A stretch of DNA of 25,814 bases from a virus. Lineage: Duplodnaviria > Caudoviricetes. Below the pieces are notes generated by a model. That model made no database searches, was not told where the DNA came from, and was given only the letters and a program-made list of their open reading frames with translations. Of the stretch, positions 1-8,392 are shown piece by piece (position 1 is the first letter of the stretch; each line of letters begins with the position of its first letter). The DNA lies in IMG/VR virus record IMGVR_UViG_3300020044_003502, positions 1-25,814 of that record. One strand, given 5' to 3'. A program made the translations under genes and the position numbers.

Positions 1-120
1 TCTTCAAAGAAAGTATATCGCCGTGCCGACCTGATCCGGCTACGTATGACTGACCCGAATCGTTATGAAGCCCTGCAAACTGAAATCATGGCTGCATACG
101 CTGAAGGCAGAGTTAAATAA
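1..120 (+). CDS. 3' end of probable capsid scaffolding protein (partial)
   Basis: Frame 1 reads SSKKVYRRADLIRLRMTDPNRYEALQTEIMAAYAEGRVK*, open from the window edge and ending just before the capsid gene. The position and helical C-terminal motif fit podovirus scaffold proteins. Confidence 0.65.
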   Translation, partial: SSKKVYRRADLIRLRMTDPNRYEALQTEIMAAYAEGRVK

Positions 121-158
121 TTATTCACAACAATATTAATTCTTAAGGAGAATTTAAA

Positions 159-1064
159 ATGGCTTTAGGTACAAACAACGTAACAGTGACAACCGCAGCA
201 ACCTTCATCCCTGAAGTTTGGTCGGATGAGATTATCGCTGCTTACAAGAAGAGCTTGGTCGCTGCTAACTTGATCAAGAAAATGAACTTCAAGGGCAAGA
301 AAGGTGACACCGTTCACATTCCAGCGCCTACTCGCGGTGACGCTTCTGCTAAGGCTGCTTCGACTCAGGTTACCCTGATCGCTGCTACCGAAGGCGAGAA
401 GACTGTCTCTATCAATCAACACTGGGAATACAGCCGCTTGATCGAAGACATCGTCGAAGCTCAGGCATTGACTTCGCTGCGTCAGTTCTACACTGATGAC
501 GCTGGTTACGCTTTGGGTAAGAAGGTTGACTCCACCATCATCCAACTGGGTCGTAAGGCCAACGGTGGTGACGGTACTGCTGGTTACACTGGTGCTTACT
601 CTGGTGCTGACGGTACTACCGCCTACACTGGTACTGCGGGTGCTTTGACCGATGCTGCTATCCGCCGCACTATCCAGCGTTTGGATGACAACGATGTTCC
701 TATGGATGGCCGATTCCTGATCGTTCCTCCTTCGACTCGTAACACCTTGATGGGTATCGCTCGTTTCACTGAGCAAGCCTTCGTGGGTGAGTCTGGTGCT
801 TCTAACACCATCCGTAACGGTGAAGTTGGTAACGTGTACGGTATCCCCGTCTTCGTGTCCACCAACGCTGATACAGCTACTGACGGTGATCGCATCTGCT
901 TGTTGGCTCACAAAGAGTTCGCAGTGTTGGTCGAGCAAATGGGTGTTCGCACTCAGACTCAGTACAAACAAGAATGGCTCGCCAACTTGTTCACTGCTGA
1001 CGTGTTGTTCGGTTGCGACGAGTTGCGTGACTACTCCGCTGTTGCTCTGGCTGTTCCAGCTTAA
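159..1064 (+). CDS. major capsid protein (HK97 fold)
   Basis: 301 aa with capsid-type motifs FIPEVWS, KGDTVHIP, LDDNDVPMDGRFLIVPP, GEVGNVYGIPVFVS and ADVLFG. AAGGAG RBS at 145-150, strongly biased codons, and a terminator immediately downstream. Confidence 0.92.
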   Translation: MALGTNNVTVTTAATFIPEVWSDEIIAAYKKSLVAANLIKKMNFKGKKGDTVHIPAPTRGDASAKAASTQVTLIAATEGEKTVSINQHWEYSRLIEDIVEAQALTSLRQFYTDDAGYALGKKVDSTIIQLGRKANGGDGTAGYTGAYSGADGTTAYTGTAGALTDAAIRRTIQRLDDNDVPMDGRFLIVPPSTRNTLMGIARFTEQAFVGESGASNTIRNGEVGNVYGIPVFVSTNADTATDGDRICLLAHKEFAVLVEQMGVRTQTQYKQEWLANLFTADVLFGCDELRDYSAVALAVPA

Positions 1065-1080
1065 TAGCGTAAGTTAAATC

Positions 1081-1112
1081 GGTTCCCCGCTCAAAAGGTG
1101 GGGAGCCTTTTT
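1081..1112 (+). terminator. Rho-independent terminator after capsid gene
   Basis: GGTTCCCCGC-loop-GTGGGGAGCC 10-bp stem (two G-U pairs) followed by TTTTT. Confidence 0.85.
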
Positions 1113-1156
1113 CATACGCTATCGTTAAGTGATAGCTTATAAGAAAGGTAATCAAC

Positions 1157-1348
1157 ATGGCTAAATTTAAGTGTAACCATTCAGGCAATATGTTTGAGTT
1201 TGTTAACGAGCATGACATCAAGACTATGCGTACTCACAGTGAGTATACAGAAGTCAAAGAAGAGACTATTCTTCCCCCTCAGAAAGCTAAGAAGGTAAAA
1301 CAAGATGAGACCAATATCAGTAGGGGCTGTACTCAGTCCGACAGTTAA
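1157..1348 (+). CDS. small hypothetical protein
   Basis: 63 aa with GAAAGGT RBS. It overlaps the next gene by 44 nt. Confidence 0.65.
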   Translation: MAKFKCNHSGNMFEFVNEHDIKTMRTHSEYTEVKEETILPPQKAKKVKQDETNISRGCTQSDS

Positions 1349-1637
1349 GACAACTCTGTATACTGTTCCTCTAGGGTATCATGCCTTGTGGAACTTAGCT
1401 TATGCTGTGAACCACTCAGGCAACAATAAGTTTGTAGATATTATCTGGTATGACGCAAGCTCTGATTCTGAGTTCTACGTGGTGGATAACTACGTGCTGA
1501 GCCCTACACAGTTTATCAAGTTTGATGGTGGTGCTTACATCGTATTAGAAGAAGGTGATCAAGTAAGAGCAACTTCTGAGACAGGTTCTTCGATGAATGT
1601 ATTGTGTACATTTGAAGTTTATCGTAATAAAGGTTAA
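1305..1637 (+). CDS. hypothetical beta-rich protein, probably virion-associated
   Basis: 110 aa with AAGGT RBS. TTLYTVP...IVLEEGDQVRA pattern typical of small structural proteins next to capsid genes. Confidence 0.65.
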   Translation: MRPISVGAVLSPTVKTTLYTVPLGYHALWNLAYAVNHSGNNKFVDIIWYDASSDSEFYVVDNYVLSPTQFIKFDGGAYIVLEEGDQVRATSETGSSMNVLCTFEVYRNKG

Positions 1638-1642
1638 GTATC

Positions 1643-3334
1643 ATGGCAACACCTCTTCAAAGTTATTTCCAAGCAAATCCTGATGTAGCTGCTGCTTATG
1701 CGGCAAATAGCTATGGGTTAACACCGGAGCAGTTTGCTGAAGCTCATTACACAACCTTTGGAGCTGCCGAAGGCCGTGTAGCTCCTGTTCAGACGACTGC
1801 ACAAACACAAACTGCTACTGCACCAGTAGAGCAATTGCGTGGAGCAGAGCCGCCAGTTACGGAAAACAGACCTAGTCTTGTAGACCAGATTCTAGCCACT
1901 AGTGATAGTACTAAATGGCAAGGCGAAGGCAAAGGTTCTGCCCGTGCTAACGCTGAAGATATGGCTAGTATCTTGTCAGGTATTGGAGTTACAGACCTAC
2001 GTGATTTTGGTCAAATTACACAAGAAGTTCCATATCAAATCGGGCTGGATGAGAATGATAGTCCTATCTATGGCACTCAAACTGTAACTACTTTTGGCAA
2101 TACCAAAACAGGCCAAGCAGTACCTAACACATATGGTGAGCGTCAAACAGGTGATGCTTTTGGCGGTACTTATTCAGGCAAAGGCAACACAGGCTACCGT
2201 GTTCAGTTCACTCCTGAGGGTCAACCTGTTTTCTATACCTCTGAACAGTCAAGCTCTAGTTTAGGCGAATTCATGCCTTTAATTCAACTTGGTCTTGCTG
2301 CAACAGGCGCAGGTGGATTATTAGGCGGTGCTCTTAGCTCAGGATTGGGTTTAGGTTTAGGACAGGCAGGTGCTTCTGCTTTAGGTGGAGCTGCTATTGG
2401 TGGTTTGACATCTGCTGCCACAGGAGGCAATGTACTTCAAGGTGCTTTGTTAGGAGGTGCAGGTGGTTACTTGCAAGGCGCTAATGCTGCTGCTCCCGGT
2501 TTAGGCCCACAGACAGACGCAAGCTTCTTGGCTGCTGACGCTGCTCAACTGGCTGGACAAGGATTGTCTGAGTCTCAGATTGCTGCAACATTAGGTGCTT
2601 CAGGCTATGGCTCAAGTGCTGCTGCTAACTTGGCTGCTTCTATGGCTGTTAACGGCCTCGACACAGCAACAATGACAACACAGTTACAGAACCTAAGCTC
2701 TAACACAGGATTGATGTCTCAGACAGGATCTAGTGCTGACTTTTTAGCTGCTGATGCTCTTCAGTTACAAGGTCAAGTAGGTAATAACTTCCCTGCTATT
2801 GAGCAGAACTTGATTGCTTCAGGTGTTGATCCTCTAATTGCTGCTGATGTATCACAACAGTTAGCTTTCAACCCTAGCCTTACTCAAGCTCAGCTGGCTA
2901 CCAATTTAGCGAATAGCTTTGGTAATAACATCTATGATGTGAATATGGCTCAGACGTATCCTACATCAGTATTACCCGGCTCGGGTGGTTTACTTACCGA
3001 TGCAGCAGCTGCTGGAAATACTGCCGCTATTGTTACTCCTCCTACTCCTACACCAAGCGCCTCTACAGGAAGCCCTACTGGTTTAACAACTAATCAAATC
3101 TCTAACTTAGTTAGAGCAGGTGTTGGTTTACTCGGAGCAGGTGGAGCTGCTTCAGCTATCGGCGGTGGCGCAGGTTCTAATACACCTTTTGTAGCGCCTA
3201 CACAGCAAGTTCCTCAGAACACACCTGATTACTACAATCAGTTACAGCAGTATTACAACGCATACTTGCCCCAGACACCTCGTGATGTGGTGACACCTCT
3301 CCAACAATGGTATAATTCTTCTTACGGAGCTTAA
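1643..3334 (+). CDS. Gly/Ala-rich putative internal virion protein
   Basis: 563 aa with a long hydrophobic Gly-zipper-like region (GLAATGAGGLLGGALSSGLGLGLG...), internal repeats and structural-module context. Function inferred. Confidence 0.6.
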   Translation: MATPLQSYFQANPDVAAAYAANSYGLTPEQFAEAHYTTFGAAEGRVAPVQTTAQTQTATAPVEQLRGAEPPVTENRPSLVDQILATSDSTKWQGEGKGSARANAEDMASILSGIGVTDLRDFGQITQEVPYQIGLDENDSPIYGTQTVTTFGNTKTGQAVPNTYGERQTGDAFGGTYSGKGNTGYRVQFTPEGQPVFYTSEQSSSSLGEFMPLIQLGLAATGAGGLLGGALSSGLGLGLGQAGASALGGAAIGGLTSAATGGNVLQGALLGGAGGYLQGANAAAPGLGPQTDASFLAADAAQLAGQGLSESQIAATLGASGYGSSAAANLAASMAVNGLDTATMTTQLQNLSSNTGLMSQTGSSADFLAADALQLQGQVGNNFPAIEQNLIASGVDPLIAADVSQQLAFNPSLTQAQLATNLANSFGNNIYDVNMAQTYPTSVLPGSGGLLTDAAAAGNTAAIVTPPTPTPSASTGSPTGLTTNQISNLVRAGVGLLGAGGAASAIGGGAGSNTPFVAPTQQVPQNTPDYYNQLQQYYNAYLPQTPRDVVTPLQQWYNSSYGA

Positions 3335-5182
3335 ATGGCTACTATTATTACAAAGAACAGCAGCACATCTACTGCTGTACCCGCAGCTGGAGACTTAGTT
3401 AAAGGTGAACTGGCTGTTAACGTCACTGATAAGAAACTGTACACCAAGGACAATAGTGCTACTGTTGTCAAGGTTGTAGGCTCTTTAGGTAATCAAGAAG
3501 CTAATGCTGTGGCTATCACAGGCGGTACAGTTGCAGGCGTTGCCCAGACTGGCGGCACTATCAATAACACGCCTATTGGTGCTACAACTGCTGCTGCTGT
3601 AACAGGCACTACCATCACAGCTACCACAGGCTTTGTAGGTAACTTAACAGGTAACAGTGCTGGTGTTCACACAGGTAACGTCACAGGTAACGTAACAGGT
3701 AACGTCACAGGCAACCTCACAGGTAACGTGACAGCCTCTACAGGCACATCTACATTCAACCATGTAACCATCAGTGGTTCCTTGGACATGGATGCAGGCA
3801 CTTCTGCCACTATCACTGGCTTGGCTGCTCCTGTTAACAACACTGATGCAGCTACTAAGATTTATGTAGACACAGCTATCAGTAACTTGGTGGATGGTGC
3901 TCCAGCTAACTTGGATACCTTGAACGAGATTGCTGCTGCTCTGAATGATGATGCTAACATTGCAGCTACTCTGACAGCCTCTATCGCTACCAAGGTATCT
4001 AAGTCTGGTGACACCATGTCAGGTGCTCTGGCTATGGGTACTAACAAGATCACAGGCTTGGGTACTCCTACAGCAGGCACAGACGCTACTACTAAGACTT
4101 ACGTTGACGATGCAGTTGCTGCTAAGCTGAGCTCGTCTGGTGGTACTATGTCTGGTGCTATCGCAATGGGTAGCAATAAGATCACTGGTCTTGGTACTCC
4201 TACAGCTACAGGTGACGCAACCACCAAAGCTTATGTAGATAGTATCTTAGGTTCTGCTACCGCTGCTTCTGCTTCAGCCTCTGCTGCTGCTACCAGTGAG
4301 ACTAACGCTGCTAACTCCGCCAGTGCAGCTTCCTCTAGCGCCTCTGCTGCCTCTGCTAGTGCCTCTAGTGCCGCTGCAAGCTATGACAGCTTTGATGATC
4401 GTTACCTTGGCCCTAAAGCATCTGCTCCTACTGTGGACAATGACGGTAACACATTGCTGACAGGTGCTCTGTACTGGAATACTACTTCTAATAACTTGTT
4501 CGTGTGGTCAGGTTCTGCTTGGACTAATGCAGCCTTCACAGCAGGCAGTTTTGCTACCTTAACAGGCACTGAGACACTGACAAACAAGACTATTAATGGA
4601 AGTAACAACACCATTACTAACGTCAGTCTATCTACAGGTGTTACTGGAACATTGCCTGTTGCCAAAGGAGGCACAGGCGCAACAACTTTGGCTGGCGCGA
4701 ACATTCCAGTCAAGAACGTAGCCAACACCTTTACAGGCACACAGACTTTTAGTGGTAACGGGTTTGATTCAGAAGCAATTATTTTAACTAATGCTGCTGA
4801 AGTCACTACTGTCTCTGCTACAGCGGCTACAGGCACGATCAACTACGACATCACCACTCAGTCTGTTCTGTACTACACCAGCAATGCTTCTGGTAATTGG
4901 ACTGTGAACTTTAGAGCCTCTAGTGGTTTTGGGTTTCTTAATACAATGATGTCCACAGGCCAGTCTATGACCGTGGCTTTCTTGGTCACTCAAGGCTCCA
5001 CTGCTTACTACAACTCTGCTGTGCAGATTGACGGTACAACCTCTGGTGTGACAACACGCTGGCTTGGGGGCGCTCCTACTGCGGGTAACGCAAGTGGTAT
5101 CGACAGCTACCGCTATCTCATCATCAAGACAGGCAGTGCAACCTATACAGTGCTGGCTTCTGTCACTCAATTTAAGGCTTAA
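3335..5182 (+). CDS. tail fibre protein
   Basis: 615 aa. N-terminal P...L..GELAVN..DKKLY (Mtd-N-like) motif, GNVT repeats, three ITGL..P...DA.TK.YVD neck repeats, APANLDTLNEIAAAL motif, an Ala/Ser run and TLTNKT. Confidence 0.85.
   Translation: MATIITKNSSTSTAVPAAGDLVKGELAVNVTDKKLYTKDNSATVVKVVGSLGNQEANAVAITGGTVAGVAQTGGTINNTPIGATTAAAVTGTTITATTGFVGNLTGNSAGVHTGNVTGNVTGNVTGNLTGNVTASTGTSTFNHVTISGSLDMDAGTSATITGLAAPVNNTDAATKIYVDTAISNLVDGAPANLDTLNEIAAALNDDANIAATLTASIATKVSKSGDTMSGALAMGTNKITGLGTPTAGTDATTKTYVDDAVAAKLSSSGGTMSGAIAMGSNKITGLGTPTATGDATTKAYVDSILGSATAASASASAAATSETNAANSASAASSSASAASASASSAAASYDSFDDRYLGPKASAPTVDNDGNTLLTGALYWNTTSNNLFVWSGSAWTNAAFTAGSFATLTGTETLTNKTINGSNNTITNVSLSTGVTGTLPVAKGGTGATTLAGANIPVKNVANTFTGTQTFSGNGFDSEAIILTNAAEVTTVSATAATGTINYDITTQSVLYYTSNASGNWTVNFRASSGFGFLNTMMSTGQSMTVAFLVTQGSTAYYNSAVQIDGTTSGVTTRWLGGAPTAGNASGIDSYRYLIIKTGSATYTVLASVTQFKA
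3671..3730 (+). repeat. 12-bp tandem repeat x5 (ACAGGTAACGTN) encoding TGNV
   Basis: acaggtaacgtc acaggtaacgta acaggtaacgtc acaggcaacctc acaggtaacgtg read directly. Confidence 0.9.
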
Positions 5183-5185
5183 TCT

Positions 5186-7153
5186 ATGCCATTACAAGCA
5201 ACAAGCGGTGCAGCTAGTTACGATGCCTTTGGTGGCGGCGTAGCTGCTGTGCCCCAGTATATTGAGGATGTGTTCTCGACTTGGCTGTACACGGGCAACG
5301 GCTCTACACAGACTATCACCAACGGCATTGATCTGGCGGGTAAGGGTGGACTGGTTTGGTTTAAATCTAGGACTAGTGGAACTTTTGCGCATCAGCTTTA
5401 TGACACTAGCCGAAGCGTTGGAAATGTACTTTCATCAAACAACACCAATGCAGAAAGTAATCTAGGAAGTACCGGTTTAAGCGCCTTTAATGCAAATGGT
5501 TTTGATATTGGTGGCAATGCTGGTATCAATCAAAGTACTGGTTCAATGGCCTCATGGACATTCCGCAAGCAGCCAAAGTTCTTTGATGTGGTGACGTATA
5601 CGGGAGACGGTGGCAGCGATTTCTCAAGGGTTATTGCTCACAGTCTTGCTTCTGCTCCCGGTGCAATACTTATTAAAGCCACAAGTACAACAGGTGACTG
5701 GCGTGTATGGCATAGAGGGTCAGCGTCTACCCCGTATGGCACATTAAATTCCACAGCAGCTTTCAGCTCCAGTTTTAACGGAGTATCGGGCACTCCGCAA
5801 GATTTCACTCCTTCGGGAGTCGCTGCAAATAATTTCTTGGTTAGTGGCGCAAACACAAACACAAACGGTGTTACCTACGTCGCCTACCTATTCGCCCACA
5901 ACGCAGGAGGCTTTGGCCTGACGGGTACGGACAATGTGATTTCGTGTGGGTCGTTTACGACTACTGGGTTAAACACTCCAGTAACGCTTGGATATGAACC
6001 GCAATGGCTTTTAGTCAAATCAGCCACAGGCATCAGCGACTGGTATTTAATAGATAACATGCGCGGGATGGCGTACACGTCGGGGGCCGTTTTATATGCG
6101 GATACGGCGGATGCGGAAGCTTCTGGTGTTGCTGCACAACCAACAGCAACGGGATGGATTGACAAACTTTTTGCGGCGGGAACAACTGCAATCTACATCG
6201 CCATACGCCGTGGCCCGATGAAAGTGCCTACTGATGGGACTAAGGTGTTGGCTGCGGTTGCAAGATCAGGCAACTCTACGCAAACAATTGTGACTGGCGC
6301 TAGTTCACCGCCTGATTTAGTGATGGTCAAGTCAAGAAACAATGCGACCGAATTTGCTTTTACAGACCGACTGCGTGGAGTTACACAAGAATTAAGCCCC
6401 GCTTACACGTTTAGCGAAGCAGATTTTGGAACCAATCCAACTGTCTCAATTAACATGAACGGTTGGACAGCGCCTGCTGGGTATGGGACGTTTAACCAAT
6501 CCGGTTACACATACGTTGATTACCTGTTTTCTCGTTATCCAAACGTATTTGATGAGGTTTGCTTCACAACAATTTCTTCTGCCAACCAGAGAATATCCCA
6601 CAACCTCGGTGTTGCCCCAGAGTTAATTTTGATGAAGGCTCGTGATCTTGGTTCAGATTGGTCTGTGTACTACCCCGGTGGTGCTCTTAACAAATATCTT
6701 GTTCTTAATTCCACAGCAGCTCCAACAACCACGTCTGGCTATAACTTTTGGGGGGCCAGCAATCCGTCTAGCACGGATTTTGGATTGAATGTAAATGAGA
6801 CATTTGGTGCGGGATACAACTTGGTTGCCTACCTCTTTGCCACTTGCGCAGGGGTCAGCAAAGTCGGAACCTACACAGGCACGGGCGCATCGCAAGTAAT
6901 TAACTGCGGTTTTACAACTGGCGCAAGATGGGTAATGATTAAACGAACCAACAGCACGGGTAATTGGTACGTTTGGGACACCGCCCGGGGCATGGTTAGC
7001 GGCACAGACCCGTTTTTGATTATGAATGACACACTGGCAGAAACAAATGCCAATTACATTTTCACATCATCTACTGGATTCACAATTCAATCTGGCGCAC
7101 CAGCAGCAATCAATGCCAGCGGTGGCACATTCATCTTCTTGGCAATCGCATAA
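5186..7153 (+). CDS. repeat-rich virion / receptor-binding-like protein (DUF7483-like)
   Basis: 655 aa with repeated units such as YTGNGSTQTI, FDVVTYTG...HSL...P..I.IK, HNLGVAPELILMK and W.V.D..RG, and C-terminal FIFLAIA. Lies between the fibre and chaperone genes. Confidence 0.7.
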   Translation: MPLQATSGAASYDAFGGGVAAVPQYIEDVFSTWLYTGNGSTQTITNGIDLAGKGGLVWFKSRTSGTFAHQLYDTSRSVGNVLSSNNTNAESNLGSTGLSAFNANGFDIGGNAGINQSTGSMASWTFRKQPKFFDVVTYTGDGGSDFSRVIAHSLASAPGAILIKATSTTGDWRVWHRGSASTPYGTLNSTAAFSSSFNGVSGTPQDFTPSGVAANNFLVSGANTNTNGVTYVAYLFAHNAGGFGLTGTDNVISCGSFTTTGLNTPVTLGYEPQWLLVKSATGISDWYLIDNMRGMAYTSGAVLYADTADAEASGVAAQPTATGWIDKLFAAGTTAIYIAIRRGPMKVPTDGTKVLAAVARSGNSTQTIVTGASSPPDLVMVKSRNNATEFAFTDRLRGVTQELSPAYTFSEADFGTNPTVSINMNGWTAPAGYGTFNQSGYTYVDYLFSRYPNVFDEVCFTTISSANQRISHNLGVAPELILMKARDLGSDWSVYYPGGALNKYLVLNSTAAPTTTSGYNFWGASNPSSTDFGLNVNETFGAGYNLVAYLFATCAGVSKVGTYTGTGASQVINCGFTTGARWVMIKRTNSTGNWYVWDTARGMVSGTDPFLIMNDTLAETNANYIFTSSTGFTIQSGAPAAINASGGTFIFLAIA

Positions 7154-7162
7154 GGAACAATC

Positions 7163-7669
7163 ATGCAAATTAGAATCCGACAATCCGGCGCAGTGATGTA
7201 CGAGGCAGAGTTTCGTACATTCATCAAAGCCAACGGTGGCCCTACATGGGATACAACAACCACTGAAGTCCTAGAGGCTTTGGGCGCTGATGTGGTCTTT
7301 GAGGGCCCACAGGCCACAGGGGGTACGGTGTACCAGTACAGCCAGCGTGATGGTGTGGAGCAGATTGAAGGCAAGTGGTACACCAAGTACATCCTCGGCC
7401 CTGTCTTCACAGATCGTGAAGCAACAGAGACTGATCCAGCTAAGACTGCTGCCGAACAGGAAGCTGAGTACAAGGCTGCTAAAGATGCTGAACAAGCCAA
7501 GTCTGTACGCACACAGCGCGGGGAGAAGCTCAAGGAATGCGATTGGACTCAGGTGGCTGATGCTCCTGTGAACAAAGAAGCATGGGCTACTTACCGTCAA
7601 GCACTGCGTGATGTAACTGGTCAAGAGGGTTTCCCTTGGACTATTACATGGCCTGAAGCGCCTCAGTAA
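7163..7669 (+). CDS. tail fibre assembly chaperone
   Basis: C-terminal R...L..CDWTQ..DAP...W..YRQALRD....GFP..I.WP signature of phage tail assembly chaperones; AAGGA RBS. Confidence 0.85.
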   Translation: MQIRIRQSGAVMYEAEFRTFIKANGGPTWDTTTTEVLEALGADVVFEGPQATGGTVYQYSQRDGVEQIEGKWYTKYILGPVFTDREATETDPAKTAAEQEAEYKAAKDAEQAKSVRTQRGEKLKECDWTQVADAPVNKEAWATYRQALRDVTGQEGFPWTITWPEAPQ

Positions 7670-7677
7670 AATACTTC

Positions 7678-7706
7678 TTGACACAAAGTTAACAATCTGT
7701 TATACT
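7678..7706 (+). promoter_or_regulatory. sigma70-type promoter
   Basis: TTGACA (7678-7683), 17-nt spacer, TATACT (7701-7706), with an extended -10 TG at 7698-7699, in an intergenic gap. Confidence 0.8.
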
Positions 7707-7736
7707 ATTCATATAGAGAACTAAAGGAACATAAGG

Positions 7737-8390
7737 ATGGCTTCGACCTATTTACAACTGGTTAACAACGTACTCACAAGACTGCGAGAGACTGAAGTAT
7801 CTTCGGTTCAGGACACTCCTTATAGTTCCTTGATTGGTGTATTCGTTAATGATGCTAAGCGGGAGGTAGAGGATGCGTATGAGTGGAATGCTTTAAGCAC
7901 TACGATTATTATCCCTACTGTCGCTGGTCAACGTAACTACACCTTGACTGGATCAGGTGAACGATTCAGGACAAGTGATGTAATCAATGACACAGAAGAT
8001 GTGCCTATGCGTCAGGCCTCTCAAGTATGGCTTAACCGTCAATACTACACAGGCACTGTGCAGGATGCAGCTCCTTGCTATTACAGCTACAACGGTGTTA
8101 CCGCTGGTGGAGACAACAAGGTAGACCTCTGGCCTCAGCCTGATGCGGTGTATCAAGTTCGCTTTGAGCTTACTATCCCTCAGTTAGACTTGGTTAACAA
8201 CAGTGATAACCTCATCGTCCCTGCTCACTTGGTACAGCTCTTAGCCTACGCTAAAGCTATCGGTGAACGTGGTGAAGATGGTGGTACAGCTTTTGGTGAA
8301 GTCTTCCAGCAGTATCGCTTGGCTTTGGCTGACGCTATTGCCTTGGAAAGTAACCGCTACGATGATCAAGTAGTCTGGACAGGTGTTTAA
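7737..8390 (+). CDS. head-tail adaptor (tail tubular protein A-like)
   Basis: 217 aa. YLQLVNNVL.RLRE N-terminus, VNDAKREVE..Y.W and LWPQPD..Y motifs; position upstream of the nozzle gene. Confidence 0.75.
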   Translation: MASTYLQLVNNVLTRLRETEVSSVQDTPYSSLIGVFVNDAKREVEDAYEWNALSTTIIIPTVAGQRNYTLTGSGERFRTSDVINDTEDVPMRQASQVWLNRQYYTGTVQDAAPCYYSYNGVTAGGDNKVDLWPQPDAVYQVRFELTIPQLDLVNNSDNLIVPAHLVQLLAYAKAIGERGEDGGTAFGEVFQQYRLALADAIALESNRYDDQVVWTGV

Positions 8391-8392
8391 TC

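Noticed and set aside
165-971. 268-aa antisense ORF over the capsid gene
   Set aside because: In-register shadow caused by the absence of TTA, CTA and TCA codons in the capsid gene; no protein-like motifs.
1040-1077. T7 10A/10B-style capsid frameshift extension
   Set aside because: No slippery sequence; tandem stops (TAA TAG) and a terminator follow immediately.
3671-3730. CRISPR-like array
   Set aside because: Short in-frame coding repeats with no spacers.
3335-7153. Diversity-generating retroelement or invertible fibre cassette
   Set aside because: The Mtd-N-like start is only a structural domain. I saw no reverse transcriptase, no template/variable repeat pair differing at adenines, and no invertase or flanking inverted repeats in the window.
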